Assembly (NCBI GenBank): GCA_016840165.1 | Contig: JAEOSU010000037.1 | Location: forward strand, 20,100 to 84,099 | DNA length: 64,000 nucleotides | Source of the DNA: Promethearchaeota archaeon | GTDB lineage: Archaea; Asgardarchaeota; Lokiarchaeia; Sigyniarchaeales; SOKP01 | Reading direction: 5' to 3' | Shown: piece after piece, positions 31,581-41,209 of the stretch | Numbering within the stretch: position 1 is the first letter of the stretch | Layout: each line of letters starts with the position of its first letter | Notes under the pieces: generated by a model | The model's input: the letters and a program-made list of their open reading frames with translations, nothing else | What the model was told of the DNA's origin: nothing | Databases searched by the model: none | Position numbers and translations under genes: made by a program

Positions 31581-32366
31581 ATGGGTCTGAAAGAAACAAC
31601 TGCAAAATGGAGAAAATATGCAGAAATGTCTGATTTGGGCATTATTGTTCGGAGAAAGTTTTTTAATAATTGTTTTGATGGAGCATTAACTTGTGCAGGA
31701 ATTGTAAGCGGTATATTTGTTCTTTTTTTAGCTGGTATCAGTGAAAACACTCCAGGGAATATTGTTGTGTTAGGATTTTCAACAGCATTAGCGATTGGTA
31801 TCAGTGGATTGTGGGGCGCCTTTCTTTCTGAAGAAGCAGAACGAAAAAAAAAAATAATTGATCTTAAAAAAGAGATGGTTATCATTGATCAAGAAGGTGT
31901 TAATGATATACTTGAAAAAGAAAAATTAGACCTGGCAAGAGAAATACTAAAAGAGAGATCCATAGAAAGAGCTATGCTAATTCCACTTAAGAAGAGTAAT
32001 ACGGGGGAAAATGAAAAAGCGGTCTTGATTCCTATCCAAAGAAGACCTAAAATGAAAAAAAATGATAAAACTCTTATCGAACAAGCAGAAAATTTCGCAA
32101 CGATAGTAGCTTCTCTTGTGGATGGTGGTGCCCCTGCCTTAGGATCAACTCTGCCTCTCATTCCATTTTTCTTTGGAAGCGAATTAGTTATTTTACACTT
32201 TTTAATTTCGTATGCGATTCTTGTTGGTTTACTTATTTATTTGGGGATATTTTTGGGTAATATTTCAGGTCAAGGGAAATTAAAGTATGCTATACATCTT
32301 GTAACAGCAGGGGTGGTAACACTCTTAGTTTCCTTATTATTAAGTCTTGCAACCGGTAATTTTTAG
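31581..32366 (+). CDS. VIT1/CCC1 family metal transporter
   Basis: RRKFFNNCFDG, ISG.WGAFLSEEAER, DGGAP..G..LPLIPF. Confidence 0.85.
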   Translation: MGLKETTAKWRKYAEMSDLGIIVRRKFFNNCFDGALTCAGIVSGIFVLFLAGISENTPGNIVVLGFSTALAIGISGLWGAFLSEEAERKKKIIDLKKEMVIIDQEGVNDILEKEKLDLAREILKERSIERAMLIPLKKSNTGENEKAVLIPIQRRPKMKKNDKTLIEQAENFATIVASLVDGGAPALGSTLPLIPFFFGSELVILHFLISYAILVGLLIYLGIFLGNISGQGKLKYAIHLVTAGVVTLLVSLLLSLATGNF

Positions 32367-32456
32367 TAAAAAGTTGATTCGAAGATTATAATTTCGTAAT
32401 ATATCATAGAAAAGTTTAAAATATTCCTTTAAAAGTAAATAATTGGAGTATTTCTA

Positions 32457-33167
32457 TTGAAGATAATCGAAAAAGTAAAAACTTATTCTAGGATAACTAA
32501 CTTATGGGGAGTTGCTCGAAGATATTTTGTAAATAATTTCTATGATGGCATGCTTACAGTATTAGGCATTCTTTTAGGATTTTTTGTGGTTTTACTTAAA
32601 GAAAATTTAGTTATAATAAATAGCAATTTAGTTATTCTTGCGGGATCGGGATCATCGATAAGCATGTTAATATCTGGAATCACTGGATCTTATTTATCAG
32701 AGAGAGCTGAACAAAAAAAAATCAAAGATACTATAAAGAAATCGATGATAATGAATGAAGAATTGGAAATGAATAACATACGCAACCAATCTATTGAAGA
32801 AATAGAGAAATCGATGCTTATTAAAATTGAAAAGAAACGGAATAGAAAGCGAAATATCTCCCAAAAAGAAAAAAAGCAGATAAAAACCATCCAAGAAAAA
32901 GCAGAAAGATTCGCTAGCATTGTTGTTTCTATAGTTAATGGCTTTTCTCCTTTTTTAGGTGGAATTGTTCCTTTAATCCCATTCATGTTTGTTTCAGAGG
33001 CGGGATTAATGATTTTTGTTGTTTCTTTTTTAATTATTTTAATATGTATTATAATGTTAGGCACGTTCTTAGGTTTAGTTGCCCGGGAATCTATTATTAA
33101 AAACATACTTCAAATGGTATTTGCTTTTTTAATTACTATCATTATTACATTGTTTTTCTTAGGTTAA
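32457..33167 (+). CDS. VIT1/CCC1 family metal transporter (tandem paralog)
   Basis: RRYFVNNFYDG, ISG.TGSYLSERAE, NGFSPFLGG.VPLIPF. Confidence 0.85.
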   Translation: MKIIEKVKTYSRITNLWGVARRYFVNNFYDGMLTVLGILLGFFVVLLKENLVIINSNLVILAGSGSSISMLISGITGSYLSERAEQKKIKDTIKKSMIMNEELEMNNIRNQSIEEIEKSMLIKIEKKRNRKRNISQKEKKQIKTIQEKAERFASIVVSIVNGFSPFLGGIVPLIPFMFVSEAGLMIFVVSFLIILICIIMLGTFLGLVARESIIKNILQMVFAFLITIIITLFFLG

Positions 33168-33248
33168 ATATCGCTTATTTGATTTATAATAAAATTAAAA
33201 TCTTGTTAACCATTTTTAAAATAAAATTAAAAGGAGCATAACTAGATC

Positions 33249-34022
33249 GTGAAGAATTTTATTGGTATTGATATTGGATCCTTAGCAACGAAGATTGTTC
33301 TTATTAACGAGGGGAAATTATTGGATCATAAAACCGAACGATCCACCTATGATTTTAAAAGAGTTGGTCACAATCTATTTGATGATATATTAAAACAGCA
33401 CAATTTAGAGAGAAAGGATGTTTATGTAATGAGTACGGGTTATGGTCGTAATACAATCGATATTGCTGATGACAGAGTGACAGAAATTACAGCTCATGCG
33501 CGTGGAGCACAATATTTCTTTCCAGATGCTGCTTCAGTTATAGATATAGGCGGTCAGGATAGTAAAGCTATTGTAATGTCTAAGAAGACCGGAAGTGTTA
33601 TAGATTTTCAGATGAATGATAAATGCGCAGCAGGAACAGGCAGGTTTTTAGAAGTGATGGCACATGCTTTAGAAGTTCCGATTGATCAATTTGGAGTTTT
33701 AGCATTACAATCTAATAAACCAGCATCGATAAGTTCAACATGTACAGTGTTTGCAGAGAGCGAAGTTATTAGTTTATTTGCCCGGGGGGCTTCTAAACAA
33801 GATATTGCGAGCGGCATTCATAAATCAATAGCCCGTAGAGTAGCAGGGATGGCAAAAAGAATTGGTGTAGGCCCGAAATTAGTTTTTTGCGGTGGAGTTG
33901 CTAAAAATGATGCCGTTAAAAATTATTTAGAAGAGGAGCTTGGATTTGAAATCATTCGTCCTGAATATCCTCAACTCACCGGAGCAATAGGAGCCGCGAT
34001 CATTGCAGAAGAAAAAAAATAA
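33249..34022 (+). CDS. 2-hydroxyacyl-CoA dehydratase activator ATPase (HgdC/HadI/BcrAD-like)
   Basis: GIDIGS..TK, TGYGR, EITAHARG, DIGGQDSK, MNDKCAAGTGRFLE, CTVFAESEV, GGVAKN. Confidence 0.95.
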   Translation: MKNFIGIDIGSLATKIVLINEGKLLDHKTERSTYDFKRVGHNLFDDILKQHNLERKDVYVMSTGYGRNTIDIADDRVTEITAHARGAQYFFPDAASVIDIGGQDSKAIVMSKKTGSVIDFQMNDKCAAGTGRFLEVMAHALEVPIDQFGVLALQSNKPASISSTCTVFAESEVISLFARGASKQDIASGIHKSIARRVAGMAKRIGVGPKLVFCGGVAKNDAVKNYLEEELGFEIIRPEYPQLTGAIGAAIIAEEKK

Positions 34023-34097
34023 AGAGTAAGATACAATTTATAATTCTTAGCTCAATTGACTCTTTTTGATTGATTAACTATATATATTCCAATTAAA

Positions 34098-35240
34098 ATG
34101 CAAGCATTAGAGATTTTCGAGGAATTTTCTCTTTATTTAAAAGAGATGAAAAGCAAGGGGAAAAAAGTAATAGCATTTATCTCGCATGATAATATTCCTG
34201 AGGAATTAATAGACGCTGCCGGATTTATTCCATTACGGTTGATTTTCGCAGGAAATGATGAATTAATGGATGCGAGTCATGATTATTTACCCCCATCTAC
34301 CTGTGCTTTTGCGCAAACTTGTATCGGTCTTTTTGCTTTAAAACCTCGTCAATTTGATTTTTTAGATTTAATAGATTATTTTATCGTATCTAATCATTGT
34401 GTATCAGATATATGTGCTTCTGAAGTTATATGTAAGTATTTTAATATTCCTCGATTAAATTTTTACATCTCTTACATAAGAAATAGCAATAGTGAGAAAT
34501 ACTTTCGGTTAGAAATCTTGGAATTTAGAAAGAAATTAGAGGAAATTAAGAATTCAGTAATATCTGATGAGGCAATAATTGAAAGTATTAAGAAATACAA
34601 TGAATTCAGAAAATTCCTTGAAACTTTAAATAATTTAACTATTCAAGGAAGTCTAAAACTAAAACTCATGCAGAAGGCTTTTTTATTTGGACCTAAAATC
34701 ATCCCAGAACTAAAAGATTTTATCAATTCCAATAATAATTTAAGAGCACAATCGTCCAATTCGAAAGATCTCTTACTTACGGGATGTTCAATCTTCATGA
34801 ACGATATATTAATCGATTTAATCAAAGAAGGAGGAGGAAATATTATATTTTTTGATTCTTGGATTGGATCCAATTATTATTCGCAACAATTTGATAATAG
34901 TGCTTTTGAGAATACACAAAAACCAATTGATTTATTAGCCTCTCGATATATAAACAATATTTATGGCGATCATTGTGTGCCGAATTTTTTAGAAAATAAA
35001 ATCGCTCAAATTGAACAGATCTACAGGAAGTATAAGGAAAAAACGGGGAAAAGATTAGGAGTGATAAACCATATCATAAAATTTTGTGATCATATGTCTC
35101 TCATGTCATCCTTTTTTAAAAATAAATTACAAGAAAAGGGTATTCAAGTACTAAATATCGAACGTGATTATTCAAGAGCCAATCGAGGTCAATTGTCGAC
35201 TCGTATTGAAGCTTATTTGGAGATGGGTGATTCAGAATGA
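34098..35240 (+). CDS. 2-hydroxyacyl-CoA dehydratase subunit (HgdB/BcrC-like)
   Basis: PEELIDAAGFIP.R, TCAFAQ, KFCD, QLSTRIEAYLEM. Confidence 0.88.
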   Translation: MQALEIFEEFSLYLKEMKSKGKKVIAFISHDNIPEELIDAAGFIPLRLIFAGNDELMDASHDYLPPSTCAFAQTCIGLFALKPRQFDFLDLIDYFIVSNHCVSDICASEVICKYFNIPRLNFYISYIRNSNSEKYFRLEILEFRKKLEEIKNSVISDEAIIESIKKYNEFRKFLETLNNLTIQGSLKLKLMQKAFLFGPKIIPELKDFINSNNNLRAQSSNSKDLLLTGCSIFMNDILIDLIKEGGGNIIFFDSWIGSNYYSQQFDNSAFENTQKPIDLLASRYINNIYGDHCVPNFLENKIAQIEQIYRKYKEKTGKRLGVINHIIKFCDHMSLMSSFFKNKLQEKGIQVLNIERDYSRANRGQLSTRIEAYLEMGDSE

Positions 35241-36589
35241 GTTTAATTGCAGATGAAATCGTTAGATTCTCCTCAGTATTAAAAATAGCTTATAATTTCT
35301 TGACAGGAAGAGCATATTTAAAACGAAAAAAGTTTAGGGAAAAACAAAAATTAGTGTCAGTACCACTTCCGTTTTCGGATTTGCCTTTCGCTGCGGGAAC
35401 GGTACCAGTTTTTCCGATCAGGATGCATAATTTTAAGATAAATCAATATCTTACCTATTTAGGGACTGCTTCGAATATTTTTGGATGGAAAGGAGTATCG
35501 AATTTTTTAAGTTTTGTGAAGAACCTTGGGATTAGTGAAGTGAGTAAAATTGTTGATGATATTATCGAAGATGTCATCCGAGAAATTAATGAAAAATATA
35601 ACGAAATGTATGACATCGGTATAGAGGGGGGGATTTCAAGTGATTTCTGTTATGGCCTAAAAAGTCTTGTAGGTATGAATTTATCAAAAAGTCGCAATGT
35701 TGACGCGTATATGAATGTCACTATTCGATGCAGTGCCTTCAATAAATACTTAGAATCATTAAGTGCTATAAATAATGAACCGCGCCCAATTTGGATCGAT
35801 ATTCCTCCTAGAAATATAGGTAATGCTTTAGAATTATTAACAGATAACGTATCACACGCTTTAAGTGATTTTGAGCAGTTAACTGGGAATACCATATCAG
35901 ACAATATGTTAAGAAATCATTTTAATATCAGTAATCAAGTAAAGCGTGCTTACAACACCATTATTTATGATATTAGTGCCTCTGATTTTTATCCATGTAA
36001 TCCTGCAACTTTTAGCGAAATCATGTCTTTATTAAACATTACATTTATTGATTATAACTCTAATGCAACTCGTTATAGAGATAATATGAATTCGTTAGTG
36101 AATGAGATGCGAGAAAGGATCAGGAAACATATCGGAATGGATGTCTCTGATATGCCACGAATCTTTGTCACCCCTATCTTTGGTGGATGGGAACCAAAAA
36201 CTCATGACTATATTTATGAGTTAGGAGGAAGGGCACTTTACGCTGATTGGGGGCTATTAAAATTACTTGAAGAGTTACCTATTTCACCTAGTAATAATCC
36301 AGTAGAAGAATATGCACGATTTCTTTTGAATGCCACACAAACAGGAATTGGTTGTGATAATGACAAACTGACGGATTCATATCTTCGTATGGCAAAAGAA
36401 TTGAATGCTGATGGTGTAGTTTTTATTCAATTGTTTGGTTGTCATTCGATTTCTAATTGTTATCGAATGTTAAGAGACAAAGTAAGAAAAGAATTAGAGA
36501 TTCCTATAACCGCGATTACTTTTAATAAAATTGGAGAGAATATCGAACAAGTGAAAACTCGTATTGGGGCTTTTATGGAGATGTTTTAA
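35237..36589 (+). CDS. 2-hydroxyacyl-CoA dehydratase-family subunit (divergent)
   Basis: DFCYG, IRCS, ADGVVF...FGCHS, EQVKTRIGAFMEM; 4-nt overlap with the upstream subunit. Confidence 0.8.
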   Translation: MSLIADEIVRFSSVLKIAYNFLTGRAYLKRKKFREKQKLVSVPLPFSDLPFAAGTVPVFPIRMHNFKINQYLTYLGTASNIFGWKGVSNFLSFVKNLGISEVSKIVDDIIEDVIREINEKYNEMYDIGIEGGISSDFCYGLKSLVGMNLSKSRNVDAYMNVTIRCSAFNKYLESLSAINNEPRPIWIDIPPRNIGNALELLTDNVSHALSDFEQLTGNTISDNMLRNHFNISNQVKRAYNTIIYDISASDFYPCNPATFSEIMSLLNITFIDYNSNATRYRDNMNSLVNEMRERIRKHIGMDVSDMPRIFVTPIFGGWEPKTHDYIYELGGRALYADWGLLKLLEELPISPSNNPVEEYARFLLNATQTGIGCDNDKLTDSYLRMAKELNADGVVFIQLFGCHSISNCYRMLRDKVRKELEIPITAITFNKIGENIEQVKTRIGAFMEMF

Positions 36590-36714
36590 GAGCAATCTGT
36601 CATTATTGTGTTTAGAAGGGAATTAATAATTTTTAACAAATCCGAATCTTTACTTGGTAGGTTATTTGGAGATTTTTTCTTTTGAATTTAACTATCAGAA
36701 AAGGTGAAAAAAGA

Positions 36715-37071
36715 TTGAATGATAAAGATACTGAGAGTAAAAATGTATTTGTTTATGGTACTTTACAGCATGGAGAAAGTAGAAACAATGTACTTGAGAA
36801 TTTAGAATATGAAAAAGCAACATTGCCAAAACATAGAAAAGTCTCTCCTCCTACTTTAGGATTTCCATTCATAATTTTTGATGAAGATTGCGAAGTAAAA
36901 GGGGAGGTATATTATAATATAGATTCAGAATTGCTTAAAACTTTAGATTCGATTGAAGGTGAAGGTTCATTATATCATAGAATTGTTGTTGAAGTCCTAA
37001 CTCATATGGGAGAAAAGGTTAAAGCCTATACTTATTATCCATCTGATATATTAGTAAATAAATATTTGTAA
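36715..37071 (+). CDS. Gamma-glutamylcyclotransferase (AIG2-like) family protein
   Basis: VFVYGTL..GE, VKGEVY, LD.IEG...LY.R; TTG at 36715 follows an AGGTGA SD. Confidence 0.88.
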   Translation: MNDKDTESKNVFVYGTLQHGESRNNVLENLEYEKATLPKHRKVSPPTLGFPFIIFDEDCEVKGEVYYNIDSELLKTLDSIEGEGSLYHRIVVEVLTHMGEKVKAYTYYPSDILVNKYL

Positions 37072-37088
37072 GGTGAGAGATTAAATCA

Positions 37089-37820
37089 ATGGAAGAAAGT
37101 AATGTAGAAAAAGATGTAGATGAGAATCAAATCCTACTAATTGATAATTACTCTTATGGTTTTCCCACAGATCGAATAAAGAGGATTGAAACCATTGTTA
37201 ATGATTGTATGGCGGATGTGACACTTAAAATAATTCATTATAGTCAATTCAACTATGAATCTGCTAAAAATTACATCGGAATTGTTTTATCGGGTTCAGA
37301 TCTAAATGTTTCCAGTTTTTATTACCATAATAAACTTAAAAAACGTTTTGAAGAAGAATTAAAATTAATTCGATGTATTGAGCAAACTCCGATACTCGCT
37401 ATATGTTTTGGGATTCATTTAGTTGCTTATACTTATGGTGCTCAAGTCTGCCGAATGAGGATACCAGGCTTAGTTGGAGATATCATCTTCTTAGTAATTA
37501 AAGAGACTGATGTATTAATTACTCATCTTAATTTTCCGGTAGATCTACATCATCGCGATTTTGTATCTCCTAATGATTGCGAAGTTCAAAAAAACTTTGA
37601 TATTAAATCAATTTCTAGAACAAAAGGGTATAGAATTGTACAATATATGTCTCATAAATCCAAGCCCATCTATTCAATCCAATTTCATCCCGAAACCCAT
37701 AATCCCCTCTACTTTCATTCAGGTCTCTTTGATGAGAGGATAATAAATAAAGTAAGGATTATTGGCAAAGAAATTATTGAAAATTTCTTATGGATGTGCC
37801 TCTATAAAAGAAATTATTAA
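37089..37820 (+). CDS. Class I glutamine amidotransferase-like protein
   Basis: LLIDNY, GIVLSGS, PILAICFG (nucleophile Cys), SIQFHPE. Confidence 0.88.
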   Translation: MEESNVEKDVDENQILLIDNYSYGFPTDRIKRIETIVNDCMADVTLKIIHYSQFNYESAKNYIGIVLSGSDLNVSSFYYHNKLKKRFEEELKLIRCIEQTPILAICFGIHLVAYTYGAQVCRMRIPGLVGDIIFLVIKETDVLITHLNFPVDLHHRDFVSPNDCEVQKNFDIKSISRTKGYRIVQYMSHKSKPIYSIQFHPETHNPLYFHSGLFDERIINKVRIIGKEIIENFLWMCLYKRNY

Positions 37821-37853
37821 AAATTCTTTTATATTGATTTTATTTTCCGAATA

Positions 37854-38858
37854 TTATTTCTCTTCCAATTTTCTTTTTAGCTCTTCCTTTTCTTCTTCAA
37901 GTTCTTCAATTTTCTTTTCACGTCTTTTAATTTTCTGTTGTGCAATGGTAATTCCTTGTAGACTTAATAACTTTTTAACAAAAATAATCGATGCTATAAC
38001 TATACCTATTAGATAAAAAAGCTCAGCAGTCCAATAGAAGTTAGAAAGATTAGTATAAACTGAAAGGTTCAAAAATGGTAAGATCAATGTAATTATTCCA
38101 ATAAAGACCAAAGATATTAGCAATGATATTCTTTCATATGCCTTAATCTTGCTTCGAAAGAATATGTAAACTCTTAACCAAAAGATAATACATATCAATG
38201 TAATAGGAGTAAATATAATAGAACCGATTCCTATTATCAATAGAAAGTTCAAAGCAAACTTTTTTCTCCATAAATCTAATATTTCCTTAGTTGTCATTTG
38301 AACTTGAACTTGAGCACTTGCATATTCTTTTCTCAATTCAAAATATTTCTTCTTGATTCGTCTCGCGACTCGCTTAGCGCCTTTTTTCCACCAGCTTAAT
38401 TTGCCTAATTCTGCTGCTTCTGTAATTTCATCCCTAATTATTGGTAAGATGTAAAGGTTCAATAATAAAGAGAGTATACCATAGAAGTATAATAGCAAAT
38501 CAAACCAAAACCAAAAGCCTGTTTGAGTTATAATTGTTTTACTAATGTAACTTATGACGACTTTATACGTAGCATAACCAATTAAAATTAAAGGAACTAC
38601 AATTTGAATAATATTAAAGATTGTTAATTCTTTCTCACCAAATTTATCCTTGAATTTTTTTAGAACTATTAAAAAAACATTAGCAATACTCAGTAAGAGT
38701 CCAAAACCGGATAAAAATTTAACAGCCCAGAAAAAAACTAGCAAGAATGTGTCTAAATAAAACAAGTCAAAAGTAAGGTTTAGTATCATAAAGATTAATG
38801 ATACCGATAAAGCAATGAAATAAATTAATCTATATAACTTTTCATTCATGATTATCAC
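37854..38858 (-). CDS. Hypothetical polytopic membrane protein with C-terminal coiled coil
   Basis: About 8 hydrophobic segments, a basic loop and a charged tail. Confidence 0.7.
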   Translation of the reverse strand: MIIMNEKLYRLIYFIALSVSLIFMILNLTFDLFYLDTFLLVFFWAVKFLSGFGLLLSIANVFLIVLKKFKDKFGEKELTIFNIIQIVVPLILIGYATYKVVISYISKTIITQTGFWFWFDLLLYFYGILSLLLNLYILPIIRDEITEAAELGKLSWWKKGAKRVARRIKKKYFELRKEYASAQVQVQMTTKEILDLWRKKFALNFLLIIGIGSIIFTPITLICIIFWLRVYIFFRSKIKAYERISLLISLVFIGIITLILPFLNLSVYTNLSNFYWTAELFYLIGIVIASIIFVKKLLSLQGITIAQQKIKRREKKIEELEEEKEELKRKLEEK

Positions 38859-39026
38859 TTCTATCTATATTAAAACTTTGCAACAATTAAATATTTAGAA
38901 GATTTTTAAAATATTTTAAGATTTCAAAAGAAAAGGGTAGAGAGAAAGAAAAAAACATAAAATAATGATTTATTTTAATTATAATAGTAGTAATGAAAAT
39001 AATTGACTAAAAAAGAGGTGATAAAT

Positions 39027-39188
39027 ACGAGAAGAGGAGGAAAGGGAAGAGGGGGTGGTCCGTATGCTGCAGGGCCAGGGGGCAATTGTGTTTGCCCAAA
39101 TTGTGGTTATCAAAAGCCACATCAAACGGGTGTACCTTGTATGAATGAAGTATGCCCAAAATGTGGTACAAGAATGACTAGAAAATGA
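39027..39188 (+). CDS. Small Gly/Cys-rich metal-binding protein; probable ACG start
   Basis: GPGGNCVCPNCG...HQTGVPC...CPKCGTRMTR; GAGGTGA SD lies 5 nt before ACG at 39027 (in-frame TTG 39003 and GTG 39018 are alternatives). Confidence 0.8.
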   Translation, partial: TRRGGKGRGGGPYAAGPGGNCVCPNCGYQKPHQTGVPCMNEVCPKCGTRMTRK

Positions 39189-39312
39189 AAAATACTTAAG
39201 GTAATTTTGGAATAGGAATTTATCCTTAGTTTCCAAATTAACTAATAATTTCAACAGATTTCAAATCTATATGATTTATTAAATCTACAAAAAAAATAAA
39301 AAATTATTAAAT

Positions 39313-39420
39313 TTAATTAGAATGGTGCTTTTCGGCATGTTCTTTCATTTTTTTCTTAGCTTCAGCTTCATCTTTTCCCATGAATGACATACCACATTTA
39401 GGACATTTTAGTTCTACCAT
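39313..39420 (-). CDS. 35-aa C2H2-like zinc-binding microprotein (DUF1059-like)
   Basis: MVELKCPKCGMSFMGKDEAEAKKKMKEHAEKHHSN*; GAGGA SD upstream; below the ORF-track size cut-off. Confidence 0.75.
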   Translation of the reverse strand: MVELKCPKCGMSFMGKDEAEAKKKMKEHAEKHHSN

Positions 39421-39586
39421 ATACAACACTTTCCTCTTTTATTTATAATATTTTAATTTATTAAATTATCATAGGTTTAATTTCAATTGAGTTTATTAAA
39501 TATTTTCTACATAAACTATTTATAATTTCGAAATTTCAACTCTATTTAATAAGTGGAATTAGAAAAAAGGTATTAGAATCTTTTTT

Positions 39587-39599
39587 AAAAAAAAAAAAA
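39587..39599 (-). terminator. U13 tract, probable terminator of the ferritin-like gene
   Basis: 13-A run on + strand about 45 nt beyond the stop of 39645..39941(-). Confidence 0.4.
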
Positions 39600-39644
39600 G
39601 AATTTTAAGAAGCTATAAAAATAAGTGTATTACAGTTTATTTGA

Positions 39645-39941
39645 TCACTCACCTAAGAGTTCTTGGACTTCTTTTTTTCCGTCTTCAAGCTCTTCTTGTT
39701 GTTGCTTATCCAGTTTCAATAATAGATATTGGAACTCTCCGACATGCTCTTTTTCTTCTTTTGCGATATCCAAAAGGACCATCTTCAAATGCTTGTTTTC
39801 GGTCATGTTTGCCATTTGCTCGTAAAGATTAATTGCATCTAATTCGGCGAGGATTCCAAACCGCAAAATTTGCTTATCGATATCTTCTTTTCTTACTTTT
39901 TCTAACATAATTGGTACATTTGCCAACGTCATATTGATCAT
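39645..39941 (-). CDS. Small ferritin-like protein (encapsulated-ferritin/rubrerythrin-like)
   Basis: ILAELDAINLYEQMA...DIAKEEKEHVGEF..LL..LD. Confidence 0.85.
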   Translation of the reverse strand: MINMTLANVPIMLEKVRKEDIDKQILRFGILAELDAINLYEQMANMTENKHLKMVLLDIAKEEKEHVGEFQYLLLKLDKQQQEELEDGKKEVQELLGE

Positions 39942-40105
39942 CTCGTTATATTGGAAAGTTATATCAATATCTAATATGATTAGGTCTATAATAAAATCTT
40001 GTGTTTTAACTCATTAATCACATTTCTATAAAATTTATGATTTTTAGGAAATTTTTCGACTAAATTCTTCATAACTAATAATAATCGAAATTGAGTAAAG
40101 ATTTT

Positions 40106-41209
40106 TTAATTAATTGGTATCTGTTGTTCAGCTCCCATATTAATTAATTCTTCAGATGTGATTCTTCTCTTAATATATTCTTCTAATTTTAATTTATTAA
40201 TTGTTCTGCCTAGGCTTTTGAAATCCATTCCACAGAGTATTGAAGATAAGTTTATTATGGAATCAATAATAGGTGTATTGATACCTAAAAATTCGGCTAA
40301 GGAAGAAATTGTCACTAATCCTGTTGGTACATCCTCAGTGAAATATCTTGTTACTAATCTTTTAGGTACGATAATATCCTTATATGCTATGATTTCTTGA
40401 ATTACATCGTACATGCATTTTCCACTTACGCCATAAGAATTTTTTGCCCATTTACAGAAGTTAATTTGTTTTAGACCTAAAATATGCATAATTTTATTGA
40501 TTTCTATTTGAATTCTCTCAAGTACTTCACATGTTCTTTTAGTCGCGCCTTCAGAATAGAATTTAAATTCTTTTCCAATATCTATTATTCCAGAGTTTAA
40601 GACTGAAAGAGTTGGATGAAGTAGCATTCCTATATTATTTAGGGTCATTTCAAGATAATCATCAACGGGAACTAATTGTGGAAAAATCTCATGTAGAGTG
40701 TCATAAACAAAAAATGTATATTTTTCAGGATAAGCCGAAAATTGAACAGAATCCTTGATTTTAAGAATTTGAACCCCATTTTTTTTTAACTGTCTCGAAG
40801 TAAATAATAAAGTTTGTGTTTCCGCGACAAAAACTGGAAAAGAACCGATTTCTTCTTTTATAGTTTGTGAAAATTCAATCGCTCCAAAGGTTCTTCCAGG
40901 ATTTAAAAGGATGATTTGATCTTTTGTTAAGAAATGGGCTATTTTTTGAGCGATATCCTTGTGGGCAGAGGCAGGAGTCACCACTAAGATAACATCTGCT
41001 TTCTTTAAAGCATAATCTAATCTTTGGGTAATTATATTTAATGGAAAGTATCCTTTAATTTCTCCTTTTGACTTTACTCCTCCTTTTTTTTTAATATCTG
41101 CGATTCTTGAAAAAGACCTATTATATAAATTCACAGGATGTCCCTTTGAGGATAAGTATGCAGCAAAGGCACGTCCTCCGTTTCCAGCACCTATGATACT
41201 AAATTTCAT
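40106..41209 (-). CDS. NAD(P)-dependent opine (octopine/nopaline) dehydrogenase family protein
   Basis: IIGAGNGG, LNPGRTFG, AETQTL, N.G..LHP, FY.EG, RYFTEDVPTGL, TPIIDSII, GRT. Confidence 0.9.
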   Translation of the reverse strand: MKFSIIGAGNGGRAFAAYLSSKGHPVNLYNRSFSRIADIKKKGGVKSKGEIKGYFPLNIITQRLDYALKKADVILVVTPASAHKDIAQKIAHFLTKDQIILLNPGRTFGAIEFSQTIKEEIGSFPVFVAETQTLLFTSRQLKKNGVQILKIKDSVQFSAYPEKYTFFVYDTLHEIFPQLVPVDDYLEMTLNNIGMLLHPTLSVLNSGIIDIGKEFKFYSEGATKRTCEVLERIQIEINKIMHILGLKQINFCKWAKNSYGVSGKCMYDVIQEIIAYKDIIVPKRLVTRYFTEDVPTGLVTISSLAEFLGINTPIIDSIINLSSILCGMDFKSLGRTINKLKLEEYIKRRITSEELINMGAEQQIPIN

